Positions 11,022 through 19,532 of a stretch of 64,000 bases of DNA are shown piece after piece. The notes beneath the pieces were generated by a model. That model was not told the origin of the DNA. It did no database searches and was given only the letters and a program-made list of their open reading frames with translations. Position 1 is the stretch's first letter, and every line of letters starts with the position of its first letter. Made by a program: the position numbers and the translations under genes. Source of the DNA: Roseibacillus sp. Lineage in GTDB: Bacteria > Verrucomicrobiota > Verrucomicrobiia > Verrucomicrobiales > Akkermansiaceae. The stretch spans positions 33,807-97,806 of the forward strand of contig CBDEUM010000042.1 of NCBI GenBank assembly GCA_965242925.1. Reading direction: 5' to 3'.

Positions 11022-11495
11022 ATGAAAGTGATGCCCACACTGGAGAAAGGCCTGCGAATCGAGGTGGAAACTGCCACCGACTGGCTGGTGCTGGAACAGA
11101 TCGCCACCGACGCCCTGGAGGGCGGGATCGAGACCCTGCCTACCCGCCTGAGTGCGCTCATGGATGAAGAGTCCGAGTGGGACGAGATCGTCGTTCCCGA
11201 ACTGGAAGATTTCTTCACAGGCCAGCTCCGCGTGGTTCGCGACACCATCCACGCCGCCCAGCAGGAATCGACCGACCCGGCGGAGGGAATGTTTCTCATC
11301 ATGCGGGCCGAGGGCGCCCAATGGTATGGTGCACTGAATCAGGCCCGACTCGCGCTGGAAACCCACTACCGGTTCGGCCCCGGCGAGGAAGTGAACGAAG
11401 TGGAATCCTTTCCCCCGCCCAAGCGATCGGCCTTTATCCGCAGCCAGCTCTACTGCGCCCTGCAGAGTGTTCTGCTGGAGCACGTCCTAGATTGA
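11022..11495 (+). CDS. DUF2017-like protein
   Basis: Follows clpS, with a 'WYGALNQARLAL' motif. ATG at 11022. Confidence 0.75.
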   Translation: MKVMPTLEKGLRIEVETATDWLVLEQIATDALEGGIETLPTRLSALMDEESEWDEIVVPELEDFFTGQLRVVRDTIHAAQQESTDPAEGMFLIMRAEGAQWYGALNQARLALETHYRFGPGEEVNEVESFPPPKRSAFIRSQLYCALQSVLLEHVLD

Positions 11496-11668
11496 GACCC
11501 TGGTGAGCCCGCGGCAGCGGATTCCGGCAAAGTTGAGCGACGGGCGGGGCGGGGTGTCCTTGCTTCCTTGAAAGCGGGACGTCCCTTGCCGGAATCAAAG
11601 CTGCTCTGAACCCGGGAGAAACCGCAGCCGGGGAACCATTGCGTGTCCCCCGTGATCCCGCGGACTCA

Positions 11669-12253
11669 TCAGCAGGCCACGAGAGAATGCGCGGAGTAGC
11701 GATCCGGGCGATGAAAGTCGGGCTCACCACCACCCAGGCAGACCGCTGTCAGGAACTGCTGGATCGGAGAGTTGAGGATAAAAGTGGCGTTCATCCTGGT
11801 GTCGCTTCCGAAGTGGAGATGCTCCTTCAGCCACGCCAGGGGCAGATCCGCGCGAGCCTGCCATCCCTCCGGGCCACAGGTAGCGAGGGAAGTCGCTCCG
11901 GTCTCCCTCAGTTCCGCGAGCGGTCTTCGCGGCGAATCGAAAAGGCATGCCCAATGCGCACCATTGGGGGAGAGATTGAACTCCAGGTAATCTCCGGTAA
12001 CGGGATCTCTCAGAAAGAACTCGGCCACATCATATTCCCAGAGGTGCTCATGGAAGAGACCGGAGCGCGCCGCAGGGTGGCAGAGGGCCGCAGACTGGCG
12101 TGAGGAACGGAATACAAAAGCGTCACCCTCAAGGGCGAAACTGAAAAAGACCGGCGGATTCACCTCATTCCCAAACCAGTCCCGCGCGAGGCTGGTGAGG
12201 GGAGGAGGCCCGTTGCCGGAGACCTTATGGATGGTCATTTCGTTGGTGTTCAA
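11669..12253 (-). CDS. Hypothetical protein, DOMON/CBM9-like sugar-binding fold
   Basis: 'LWEYDVAEFFL', 'YLEFNLSPNGAHW', 'PDFHRP'. Confidence 0.65.
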   Translation of the reverse strand: MNTNEMTIHKVSGNGPPPLTSLARDWFGNEVNPPVFFSFALEGDAFVFRSSRQSAALCHPAARSGLFHEHLWEYDVAEFFLRDPVTGDYLEFNLSPNGAHWACLFDSPRRPLAELRETGATSLATCGPEGWQARADLPLAWLKEHLHFGSDTRMNATFILNSPIQQFLTAVCLGGGEPDFHRPDRYSAHSLVAC

Positions 12254-12355
12254 ACGATCTGTTTAAAGGAAATAAATATTTAAGAATTGTGAACAATTTG
12301 GCTCGCTCAAACTGGGCGACCGAACTACACTGAAACCGTCTTGGAGTCCCGATCC

Positions 12356-13183
12356 ATGTTGAATTTGCAACCAATCGAGTATGTCGGCAAATCTCCCCGC
12401 CATCAACCGCGGAAGAAAAAAGGCCCGAGAGGCTCCGGTTTCTTCGGAGGCTGGTTCCTTCTCATCCTGGTGATCGCAATCGGTTTCTTTTTCCTGCGGC
12501 CGATTATTCCCTTTCTGCAGTCGCAGCGAGCCCAGGCCTCTGCGGTAAACAAGAAGAAGGCGATTGCTGAACTCCGGAGCTCGGAAGAGTTCTCCAAGAA
12601 TCTTGCAGCTGCCGCCCTGGAACGCACCCGGGAAACGGTGGACTACGATCCCGCTTACTATGATCTGGCCTATCCGGGGGGCGATCTCCCTACGCACAAG
12701 GGTGTCTGTACCGACCTCGTCGTGCGAAGCTACCGGACCCTGGGGGTCGATCTTCAGCAGCTTGTGCACGAAGACATGTCCGCCCATTTCCGTCTTTATC
12801 CTCAGCTCTGGGAACGCAAAGGTCCGGACAGTAACATCGATCACCGCCGGGTGCCTAATCTTCAGCGTTACTTTTCACGGTTCGGGAAGATTCTCGAAAA
12901 ATCCCACTCGCTCGACGACTACGCAGTTGGCGACGTGGTGACCTGGAAACTCCCCTATGGTGCGGCGGAGCAGGCCGGCAGCCATATCGGCATCGTGGTT
13001 CCCGGTCCCGGCGCCCGCGGTAATGAGAAATGGGTTGTCCACAACATCGGCTCCGGACCCGAATGGGAAGACAAGCTCTTTGACTACGAGATCGTGGGCC
13101 ACTTCCGCTTCGCCCCGCTCCACGAGACGATGACCGCTTCCGCCAGCAGAAAGGCCGGGGCGCCCCTCCCGACTTCGCCCTGA
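12356..13183 (+). CDS. DUF1287 (YijF-like) protein with N-terminal TM anchor
   Basis: YDPAY..LAYPGGD, GVCTDLVVRSYR, DSNIDHRRVPNL, HIGIV, VHNIG. Confidence 0.88.
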   Translation: MLNLQPIEYVGKSPRHQPRKKKGPRGSGFFGGWFLLILVIAIGFFFLRPIIPFLQSQRAQASAVNKKKAIAELRSSEEFSKNLAAAALERTRETVDYDPAYYDLAYPGGDLPTHKGVCTDLVVRSYRTLGVDLQQLVHEDMSAHFRLYPQLWERKGPDSNIDHRRVPNLQRYFSRFGKILEKSHSLDDYAVGDVVTWKLPYGAAEQAGSHIGIVVPGPGARGNEKWVVHNIGSGPEWEDKLFDYEIVGHFRFAPLHETMTASASRKAGAPLPTSP

Positions 13184-13278
13184 GCGTCGTCCCTCCATCT
13201 TCCCGGGCCAAGCTGAACCAGGAAGGTCGTGGGATACCCGGGCTCTCTCTCCCCCCTTCCGCCTTCCGGAGGCTGCCG

Positions 13279-13466
13279 CGTGTGGCGGCCATGTGCGCAT
13301 TTGTTTCGTGCATCCCCCCTGCGGGTACAGAAACAGGGCAGCTTCACAAAGGAAGTGAGATCGCTAAGCCGTGTTGACTAGTAGTTGATTTATTTTGGCA
13401 GGACTTGGGATCTCACTCCTTCGATTGACTGCCTGTTACAGTCTCAACCGGGTCCGCCGCAGACGA
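13279..13466 (+). ncRNA. Candidate structured ncRNA (rod-like, possibly 6S-like)
   Basis: Nested helices in an intergenic gap, with G-U pairs that only work on the + strand. See findings. Confidence 0.4.
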
Positions 13467-13519
13467 TTTTCAGATCTCTGAGATTTTGCCTCCTCCGGCC
13501 GGGAAAGCCCGGCATTGCC

Positions 13520-16048
13520 TTAATTCTCAAATAAATGGTGTTTTGGATCACCGGAGGAGAGGAGGTAGGACAGGAGATCCAGGATATCGTTGTCAGTCAT
13601 GATGGAAAGGAGCCCAGGGGGCATCATCGAAATCCCGGAAGGCTCGATGGACAAGATCTCTTCCGCTCTGATCGCCCTGGTTTCGTTCGGTCTCATCATG
13701 TCCGTGGTGATGCGGTATACATCACCCCCCGTTCCATCCCTTTTCCTATTGAGGTTCATGATCCGCCCCACCACTTTCTCGCCATTCCTGAGGCTGAAGA
13801 CGCTGGCGCCGTACTGGTCACTGATCTCCCTGCCAGGGTCGACGATGGATTCGAGGAGGTCGTGTGGACTGAATTTGCCGGAGACCGCAGTGAGATCGGG
13901 ACCTACCGCCCCCCCCTCGTTGCGGAAGCGGTGACAGACATGACAACTGCCCACCCCGAACATCTTCCGACCGTTGGCAAAGTTGCGGCCCCCTTCCAAC
14001 CCTGCTCCCAGGAGTCCCTGCAGGTCTTCCATCTTCCAGGACCTGATGAATTTGCGGGGCTTGCTGCTGAACTGGGGCGAGTTCTCCCCGGCCTTGGTCT
14101 TAAGGATCCTCTCCAGTTCCGGGGTCTTTTTATCAGCAGGCAGAGAAGCCATGGCATCTCTCCTGATATCTGCGAGGTAGGCCCTGAAACGGGGTCCCCC
14201 GTGGTAATTATCAGCCCGGGCGAGCCACCGGAAATACTTCACTCGAAGGGCCGGGGTCCATCCCTCCTTCATAAACCGGAGATTCATGGCGTAGGTGATC
14301 TGCTCTTCCTGGCTGGTCGAATTCTCAAGAAGTGCAATGGCCTTGGGCACAACGGAGGGAGCCCCCAGGAAGGCCAGCAGCATAGTTAGCTCACGATTTT
14401 CCCCTGGCGAAGCTGCGGGGTAGATACCATCAAGCCACACGAGGAGCCGGCCCCCGATCTCCCCCTGCGGGGTTCCCCCCCGTGCCAGGGCCAGGATAAG
14501 AGCGCGCAGGAGGTTGAGTCGGTCCTGCTTCCCTCCGATTTTCAGGTAATCGAACTCGAGCACCTTGCCAATCACTTCTCCTCCCGAGCGCAATCCGTCG
14601 GCGCGGGCCAGGGCGATCAGCCCAAGCGCCGCACGGTTGCTGTCCTCCTCCCCGAGGACAAGAGCCTTCCACAGTTCCACCGGATGCTTCTCGAGCACCG
14701 CACGCGCGGCATGCCGCAAGCCACGGTCGCTTCCGTCCGCGATATTGGTCCAAAGCCTGGCGAGATCCTCCGGTGTCTGCAGCCTGGCACCCTTGCGCAG
14801 GAGCAATTCCATTTTCTGACGACTCGCCCTGGGAGAGTGCCGCGGCAGAGTGGATTGCTTGGGCAAACCAACGCCTTCCTTCCCACGATAGGTGACGCGA
14901 TAGAGTCCGGACTGCACCCGTCGCCCTCCGATGGTGAAATACATGGCCCGGTCCCTGGGGTTGATCAGGATGTCAGTGAGAGGAAGAGGGGTCGCACTGG
15001 CAAATTCCTCGAAGCTACCGCCATAGGTCGATCCCTTCTCACTGAGGTGCACGGCATAGAGCTTTCCGTAAGACCAGTCGCAGGCGAAGAGGGCCTCCTG
15101 GTACTTTCGCGGGAACTTCGCTCCATAGCCGAAACACACGCCGGTGGGTGATCCCGGCCCGATATCAACCGCCGCACCAAAGGTATCGCGGTAGTGTTCG
15201 GGGAACTTGGCTGATCCTGTTCGCCAGCCAAAGTCAGCCCCGCTGATGACATGGTTGATGCGGGTGGGCCTGTACCAGGGGGTATTCAGATCCCCCTCCA
15301 TGTCCGCGTCATAGGTAAAGAGTTCTCCCTCGCGGTTAAAGGCGGCATCATACTGATTGCGGAAGCCGGTCGCGATGATCTCCCAGCTCTCGCCTTCGGG
15401 ATCAATCTGCGCGATGTGGCCGACCGGGGCCTTCGCCCCCTTCATGAAGTGCTCCATGGGGGGCAGGAGCTGGTCTTCGCCCCAGAGTTCCGGTACCCGG
15501 GAATGGGTGTAGTCCCTGGGCAACTGGGTCTGGTTTCCCAGCACCACCATGAGGCTCCTGCCATCGGGGGTGGGAAGAATGGCGTGCGGACCATGCTCAC
15601 CACCGATGACATCCAGCTCCTTGATGCTCACTACCTTGTCGAACTTGTCATCATCGTCTGTATCGAGGAGACGGAAGACGCCCGAACCGGTCCTGCTGCT
15701 GCGCGAGTTAACCACCACATAAAGGCTGCCAAAGGCATGGCAGAGCCCCTGGGCGTGCCCAATGGGAAGATCGATGGTCTCGATGGTGGCCGGGTCGAGG
15801 GCCTTGTTGGCCGGAGGAGCGGGGAAGCGGTAGAGGCTGCCGTACTGATCGCTCACAATGAAGCGCCCCTTGTCGTCCTGGCACATGGCAACCCACGATC
15901 CCTGCTGGTCCCGCGGGACCGAGTAAAGGAGCTCGACCGCAAAGCCCTCCGGCACCTTGATCTTCTCTCCCGGGGTAGCCGTGCGCTGGGCCGGGAGAGG
16001 GGCCAGAGTCAGCACGTTCAATAGGGCGACGGAAGTGAACCGCTTCAT
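13520..16048 (-). CDS. PVC-type membrane-bound dehydrogenase-like protein with c-type heme domain
   Basis: Signal peptide, beta-propeller ('TGFRNQYD', 'GPGSPTG'), HEAT-like region, CHVCH heme motif, 'GPDLT', 'SMMPPGL'. Confidence 0.88.
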   Translation of the reverse strand: MKRFTSVALLNVLTLAPLPAQRTATPGEKIKVPEGFAVELLYSVPRDQQGSWVAMCQDDKGRFIVSDQYGSLYRFPAPPANKALDPATIETIDLPIGHAQGLCHAFGSLYVVVNSRSSRTGSGVFRLLDTDDDDKFDKVVSIKELDVIGGEHGPHAILPTPDGRSLMVVLGNQTQLPRDYTHSRVPELWGEDQLLPPMEHFMKGAKAPVGHIAQIDPEGESWEIIATGFRNQYDAAFNREGELFTYDADMEGDLNTPWYRPTRINHVISGADFGWRTGSAKFPEHYRDTFGAAVDIGPGSPTGVCFGYGAKFPRKYQEALFACDWSYGKLYAVHLSEKGSTYGGSFEEFASATPLPLTDILINPRDRAMYFTIGGRRVQSGLYRVTYRGKEGVGLPKQSTLPRHSPRASRQKMELLLRKGARLQTPEDLARLWTNIADGSDRGLRHAARAVLEKHPVELWKALVLGEEDSNRAALGLIALARADGLRSGGEVIGKVLEFDYLKIGGKQDRLNLLRALILALARGGTPQGEIGGRLLVWLDGIYPAASPGENRELTMLLAFLGAPSVVPKAIALLENSTSQEEQITYAMNLRFMKEGWTPALRVKYFRWLARADNYHGGPRFRAYLADIRRDAMASLPADKKTPELERILKTKAGENSPQFSSKPRKFIRSWKMEDLQGLLGAGLEGGRNFANGRKMFGVGSCHVCHRFRNEGGAVGPDLTAVSGKFSPHDLLESIVDPGREISDQYGASVFSLRNGEKVVGRIMNLNRKRDGTGGDVYRITTDMMRPNETRAIRAEEILSIEPSGISMMPPGLLSIMTDNDILDLLSYLLSSGDPKHHLFEN

Positions 16049-16336
16049 CGGAAATTCAAGTCTCAGACTCCAGATTTCCTGCTCCTGTTCCAGTTCAATC
16101 CGCAGCCAGATCTCCGCCAGTTCCTCATTTGTTCAAAAGGGAGGGATTTCGCCTTTCCGGAAGGTGGACAAAAAAACACCCGTCCAGCGGCCCTGCTGTC
16201 ACGATTTTCCGGAGCACCGGGTTTCTCGGACGCAGCCCTGCAAGCCCAACCGTAAGATCTCGAAAACCCTCTTCCCCATTTGCCCCTTGCCCAACTGTGT
16301 TCTGACCGTTCCCCTTGCCACCTGTCCCACCACCGC

Positions 16337-16945
16337 ATGGAAGAGCCGTCTCCAGCGATCACCAACGAGCTCCTCGAGCGCGTCAGGGCAGGTGACGAAT
16401 CGGCCAACCGGGACCTGGTGGAAATCCTCTATCCCACCGTGCGGGCCAATGTCCGCAACCACCTGCGGAGACAGGCTGATCACGACGACGTCTCCCAGGA
16501 AGTCTTCCTCAAGATCTTTCTCAAGATCGACCAGTACAAAGGGCCGCAACCCTTCGAGCACTGGGTTTCCCGCATCGCGGTGACCACCTGCTACGACTGG
16601 TTGCGCAAACACCGTGCCCGGCCCCTGGTGGCGTATTCGGATCTCACTGAGGCCGAAGTCGAGATCATCGAGAAGAGCCGCCCGGCCACCACCACCGGGA
16701 TTTCCGACACCCACCGGGAGCTCTTTTCGGGTCTCCTCGACAAACTGATCGCCACCCTCAACCCCCGGGAACAAATCGTGATCCGCCTCCTCGATCTGGA
16801 GGAACACTCTGTCCGGGAGATTTCTGAGCTCACCGGGTGGGGCGCCAGCAAGGTGAAAGTCACCGCCATGCGGGCCCGCCGAAAACTGGCCGAACAGCTC
16901 CAACGCCTGGAAACCAGCCACGAGCGGGAGGAGGGCGACCGCTGA
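16337..16945 (+). CDS. ECF-type RNA polymerase sigma-70 factor
   Basis: Region 2 'DDVSQEVFLKIF...FEHWVSRIAVTTCYDWLR'; region 4 'SVREISELTGWGASKVKVTAMRARRKL'. Confidence 0.93.
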   Translation: MEEPSPAITNELLERVRAGDESANRDLVEILYPTVRANVRNHLRRQADHDDVSQEVFLKIFLKIDQYKGPQPFEHWVSRIAVTTCYDWLRKHRARPLVAYSDLTEAEVEIIEKSRPATTTGISDTHRELFSGLLDKLIATLNPREQIVIRLLDLEEHSVREISELTGWGASKVKVTAMRARRKLAEQLQRLETSHEREEGDR

Positions 16946-16976
16946 ACTCCACCCAACTCCACCCAACTCCAAAACC

Positions 16977-17288
16977 ATGTCCGATCCTAACGAAGACAAC
17001 CACTGGAACCGCCTGGTCGATGCCGCCAGGGACGCAGGGGCCACCACAGACGATGCCCGGGAGCAAAAGGCTCCCTCCGCCTTCGTCTCCGGGGTGATCA
17101 CAATGCGGGAAGGACTATGGAAGTTTGCAACAACCGTACTCTGGCGCCGCTGGTCGCTGTTGGCGGCCCTTCTTGCAATTGCGCTCTACCTCATCTTCTA
17201 CTTTGTCATGAAATCAAATCCACCCGCCCGGGCTCCCACCCCGGCGCCGTCCCAAACTCTTCCCCAACCTCCCGACCCCGAACAATGA
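16977..17288 (+). CDS. Putative single-TM anti-sigma factor
   Basis: 103 aa, directly after the ECF gene, one TM (WSLLAALLAIALYLIFYFV) and a Pro-rich tail. Confidence 0.7.
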   Translation: MSDPNEDNHWNRLVDAARDAGATTDDAREQKAPSAFVSGVITMREGLWKFATTVLWRRWSLLAALLAIALYLIFYFVMKSNPPARAPTPAPSQTLPQPPDPEQ

Positions 17289-17848
17289 AGCCAACCTTCA
17301 AAGACTACCTGAACATTGTCTTGGCCCTTCTCGCCATTTTCCTCTGTGGCTACGGGATCGGATTCCTGTTGGGCGAACGCAAGGAGCAAGGCAATCAACC
17401 TCCCCCACCCGCTCCCTCCTCCCAGCCAGCCCCCATCGTCGATTGGGAGTCCTGGGAACGCTCCACATTCCAGACCATTGAGGGGGCCATTGGCGAACTG
17501 ACCCCGGAACAACGGCAATCCATCCGGCGCGAGGTCTCCGAGACCGCCAAGCGAATCAGAACCGCCCGGCAATCCGGTCGCAGGGAATTCCAGGCCCTCC
17601 ACCAACGTCTGAAGCAACATCTCACCCCGGAACAGCAAACCAGAGCTTCCGGGATCCTCCCCCAATTGAGGGAGAAATGGAATGAATTCACTTCGTTCAC
17701 CTCTCTAGGTGTAACCATGGGCAAATCGTCCTCGTCAGCCCTTATATGGAGGCTTTCTGCCCACTCGGTTAATCCCCCCCAGGGCCGGGAGGGCAGAGAG
17801 CTTCCCATTTTTCCGCCTTTTTTCATCAGCTCCTTCACAAATACTTAA
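17285..17848 (+). CDS. Membrane-anchored periplasmic helical protein (Spy/CpxP or heavy-metal-sensor-like); true stop may be about 17669
   Basis: ATG overlaps the upstream stop (ATGA). N-terminal TM, then two LTPEQ motifs. The last ~60 codons run over a promoter and a hairpin. Confidence 0.7.
   Translation: MKPTFKDYLNIVLALLAIFLCGYGIGFLLGERKEQGNQPPPPAPSSQPAPIVDWESWERSTFQTIEGAIGELTPEQRQSIRREVSETAKRIRTARQSGRREFQALHQRLKQHLTPEQQTRASGILPQLREKWNEFTSFTSLGVTMGKSSSSALIWRLSAHSVNPPQGREGRELPIFPPFFISSFTNT
17710..17736 (+). promoter_or_regulatory. ECF-type promoter copy 1 (TGTAACCAT-N14-CGTC)
   Basis: TGTAACCAT gggcaaatcgtcct CGTC; same motif and spacing at 18678 and 20642. Confidence 0.75.
17746..17823 (+). 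ncRNA. Candidate ECF-dependent sRNA or structured leader (long hairpin, C7 loop, U-tract)
   Basis: ATGG-AGGCTTTCTGCCC pairs with GGGCAGAGAGCTTCCCAT, CTCGGTT pairs with GGCCGGG, loop AATCCCCCCCAG, then TTTTCCGCCTTTTTT. Confidence 0.45.
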
Positions 17849-17905
17849 CGCAACCAGATCTCGACATGGAGGTTCCATTCAGGTGAAGATCAGTCCCCTA
17901 AGCGC

Positions 17906-18664
17906 ATGAGATTCGGTAACCTCATATTCGGTGTCGCCCTCCTTCTGCTGGCTGTCACCCTTGCCCTGACCATCACCTTCCGGAACGATCCCGAGGGTGC
18001 ATCGGCTGAACGGCTGCAAAACGACGCGACTTCCCCGGCACGCAGCATCGGAACCGCCGCGCCCCGGGGTTCCACCACTGCCCCCGTCGGTCGCCGCAAT
18101 CCTGTCAGATCGCCACGTAAAAAGCTCCCCGACGTGAACGAACTCGAGGTGGTCATGGACAACAGCCCGGCCACCCGGGACCTGAGCCCGACGCAACGCC
18201 AGGACATCGCCAAACGCGTCCCATGGGTTCAGCAAGCTGCCCTCTCCCGGCTTGGGAAGATGGCCGAGCGGCTGGACCTCTCCCCGATACAGCAGCACAA
18301 GGTCTTCCCACAACTGCTCCGGGCCACTACGGGCTATCACCCGGCCATGGTCATCACCTACCCTGCGGGAGCCTCCCTTCCCTCTGAGGAGCTTGCCGCC
18401 AACGAGAAGTCTCCCGATGAGGCCATCCACGACTCCCTCGATCCCGACCAGCAGGAAGACTTCCTTCAGCAGAAACTCGACGATCAGGCCTGGTGGGAGG
18501 AAATCGTTGCCCAGCTGGAGGACGATTTCGATGCCTCTGTTGCCGGCAACAACGGACCCGTGGCCGCCGGTCAGGCTCCCCCCGAGCAGGAAGCCGTTGC
18601 CGAGCCCCAACTCGAGCCCGAGCCACAGCAGGGCGTGAACCTCTTCGACCTCTTAAACGAATAA
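17906..18664 (+). CDS. Hypothetical membrane-anchored or secreted helical protein
   Basis: N-terminal hydrophobic helix, 'RLDLSPIQQ', 'LDPDQQE', acidic C-terminus. Confidence 0.7.
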   Translation: MRFGNLIFGVALLLLAVTLALTITFRNDPEGASAERLQNDATSPARSIGTAAPRGSTTAPVGRRNPVRSPRKKLPDVNELEVVMDNSPATRDLSPTQRQDIAKRVPWVQQAALSRLGKMAERLDLSPIQQHKVFPQLLRATTGYHPAMVITYPAGASLPSEELAANEKSPDEAIHDSLDPDQQEDFLQQKLDDQAWWEEIVAQLEDDFDASVAGNNGPVAAGQAPPEQEAVAEPQLEPEPQQGVNLFDLLNE

Positions 18665-18677
18665 AATCGACTTTGGG

Positions 18678-18704
18678 TGTAACCATTGTACCTCCAAGCT
18701 CGTC
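18678..18704 (+). promoter_or_regulatory. ECF-type promoter copy 2
   Basis: TGTAACCAT tgtacctccaagct CGTC, 44 nt before the EF-hand gene ATG. Confidence 0.8.
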
Positions 18705-18747
18705 GATCCCCTTAACCAGAGAACCTTTCCCGAAAGGCCCCAATAAA

Positions 18748-19437
18748 ATGAAGATGAAATACCTCCCTCTGATAACCATCGCTGTCGGCATCGGTTTCGC
18801 CAGTGCCGGACGTGAGCGAACCTTTGGTGACGGGAATCTTCCCGAAATCCTCGAACAGTTCGACCTCAACGACGACGGACAGATCGACGAAGAGGAGCGT
18901 CAGGCCGCCCGCGAAGCCCGCCGGGCTGCCCGGGCTGAACGCCGCGCTGCACACATCGCGGAATTTGACACAGATGCCGATGGCGAACTCTCCGACGAAG
19001 AGAGGGAAGGCGCCCGCGAAGCCCGCCGGGCCGCCCTTGAAGCCAAGCGCGAGGAAAAATTTGCTGAAATTGCAGGTGATGACGGATGCCTTGACTCCGA
19101 CGAATTTGCCGCCCTTCCCCCGCTCGAAGGCAGAGATCCGGAACGCTTGGCCGCCATCTTTGACCGACTGGATTCTGATGACGACGAATGCGTTGACCTT
19201 GAAGAATTCACCGCTCGCCTTCGTCATGGCCGTAAGCCGGGTGGACATCGTCCGCCGCAGCCGCCCACCCGTCCCGAGCCGCCCACCCGTCCCGAGCCAC
19301 CCACCCGTCCCGAGCCACCCACCCGTCCCGAGCCACCCAACCCGCCCGGGCCACCTGAGCGCCCCGACGACAACGATGACGATAATGATGAAGCTCCGGA
19401 TCCGCGCACGCCGCCCCGCTTTGGCGGCAGGGGGTAA
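18748..19437 (+). CDS. Secreted EF-hand protein 1 (4 loops) with Pro-rich tail
   Basis: Signal peptide MKMKYLPLITIAVGIGFASA; loops DLNDDGQIDEEE, DTDADGELSDEE, AGDDGCLDSDE, DSDDDECVDLEE. Confidence 0.88.
   Translation: MKMKYLPLITIAVGIGFASAGRERTFGDGNLPEILEQFDLNDDGQIDEEERQAAREARRAARAERRAAHIAEFDTDADGELSDEEREGAREARRAALEAKREEKFAEIAGDDGCLDSDEFAALPPLEGRDPERLAAIFDRLDSDDDECVDLEEFTARLRHGRKPGGHRPPQPPTRPEPPTRPEPPTRPEPPTRPEPPNPPGPPERPDDNDDDNDEAPDPRTPPRFGGRG
19261..19332 (+). repeat. 18-bp coding tandem repeat x4 (PPTRPE)
   Basis: CCRCCCACCCGTCCCGAG x4. Confidence 0.95.
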
Positions 19438-19470
19438 ATCTTTTCGGTTCTTTCCCATCCCCATCGCGAG

Positions 19471-19503
19471 GAGGCAACCTGAACCACGGGTTGCCTCTTT
19501 TTC
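19471..19503 (+). terminator. Intrinsic terminator
   Basis: GAGGCAACC-loop-GGTTGCCTC followed by TTTTT. Confidence 0.8.
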
Positions 19504-19532
19504 TTGAACAAGGACCGGTTCCTTCCGCCCCC

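Noticed and set aside
11640..11672. CTGATGAGTCC on the - strand resembling a hammerhead ribozyme core
   Set aside because: No GAAA after stem II, and TGATGA is simply the tandem stop of the upstream gene.
12285..12298. AATTGTGAACAATT palindrome in a divergent promoter region
   Set aside because: Short, AT-rich, single occurrence and no adjacent regulator gene.
16197..16223. TGTCACGAT-N14-GGTT upstream of the ECF sigma gene as an autoregulatory promoter
   Set aside because: Two mismatches in each box relative to the three clean copies; possible but not supportable.
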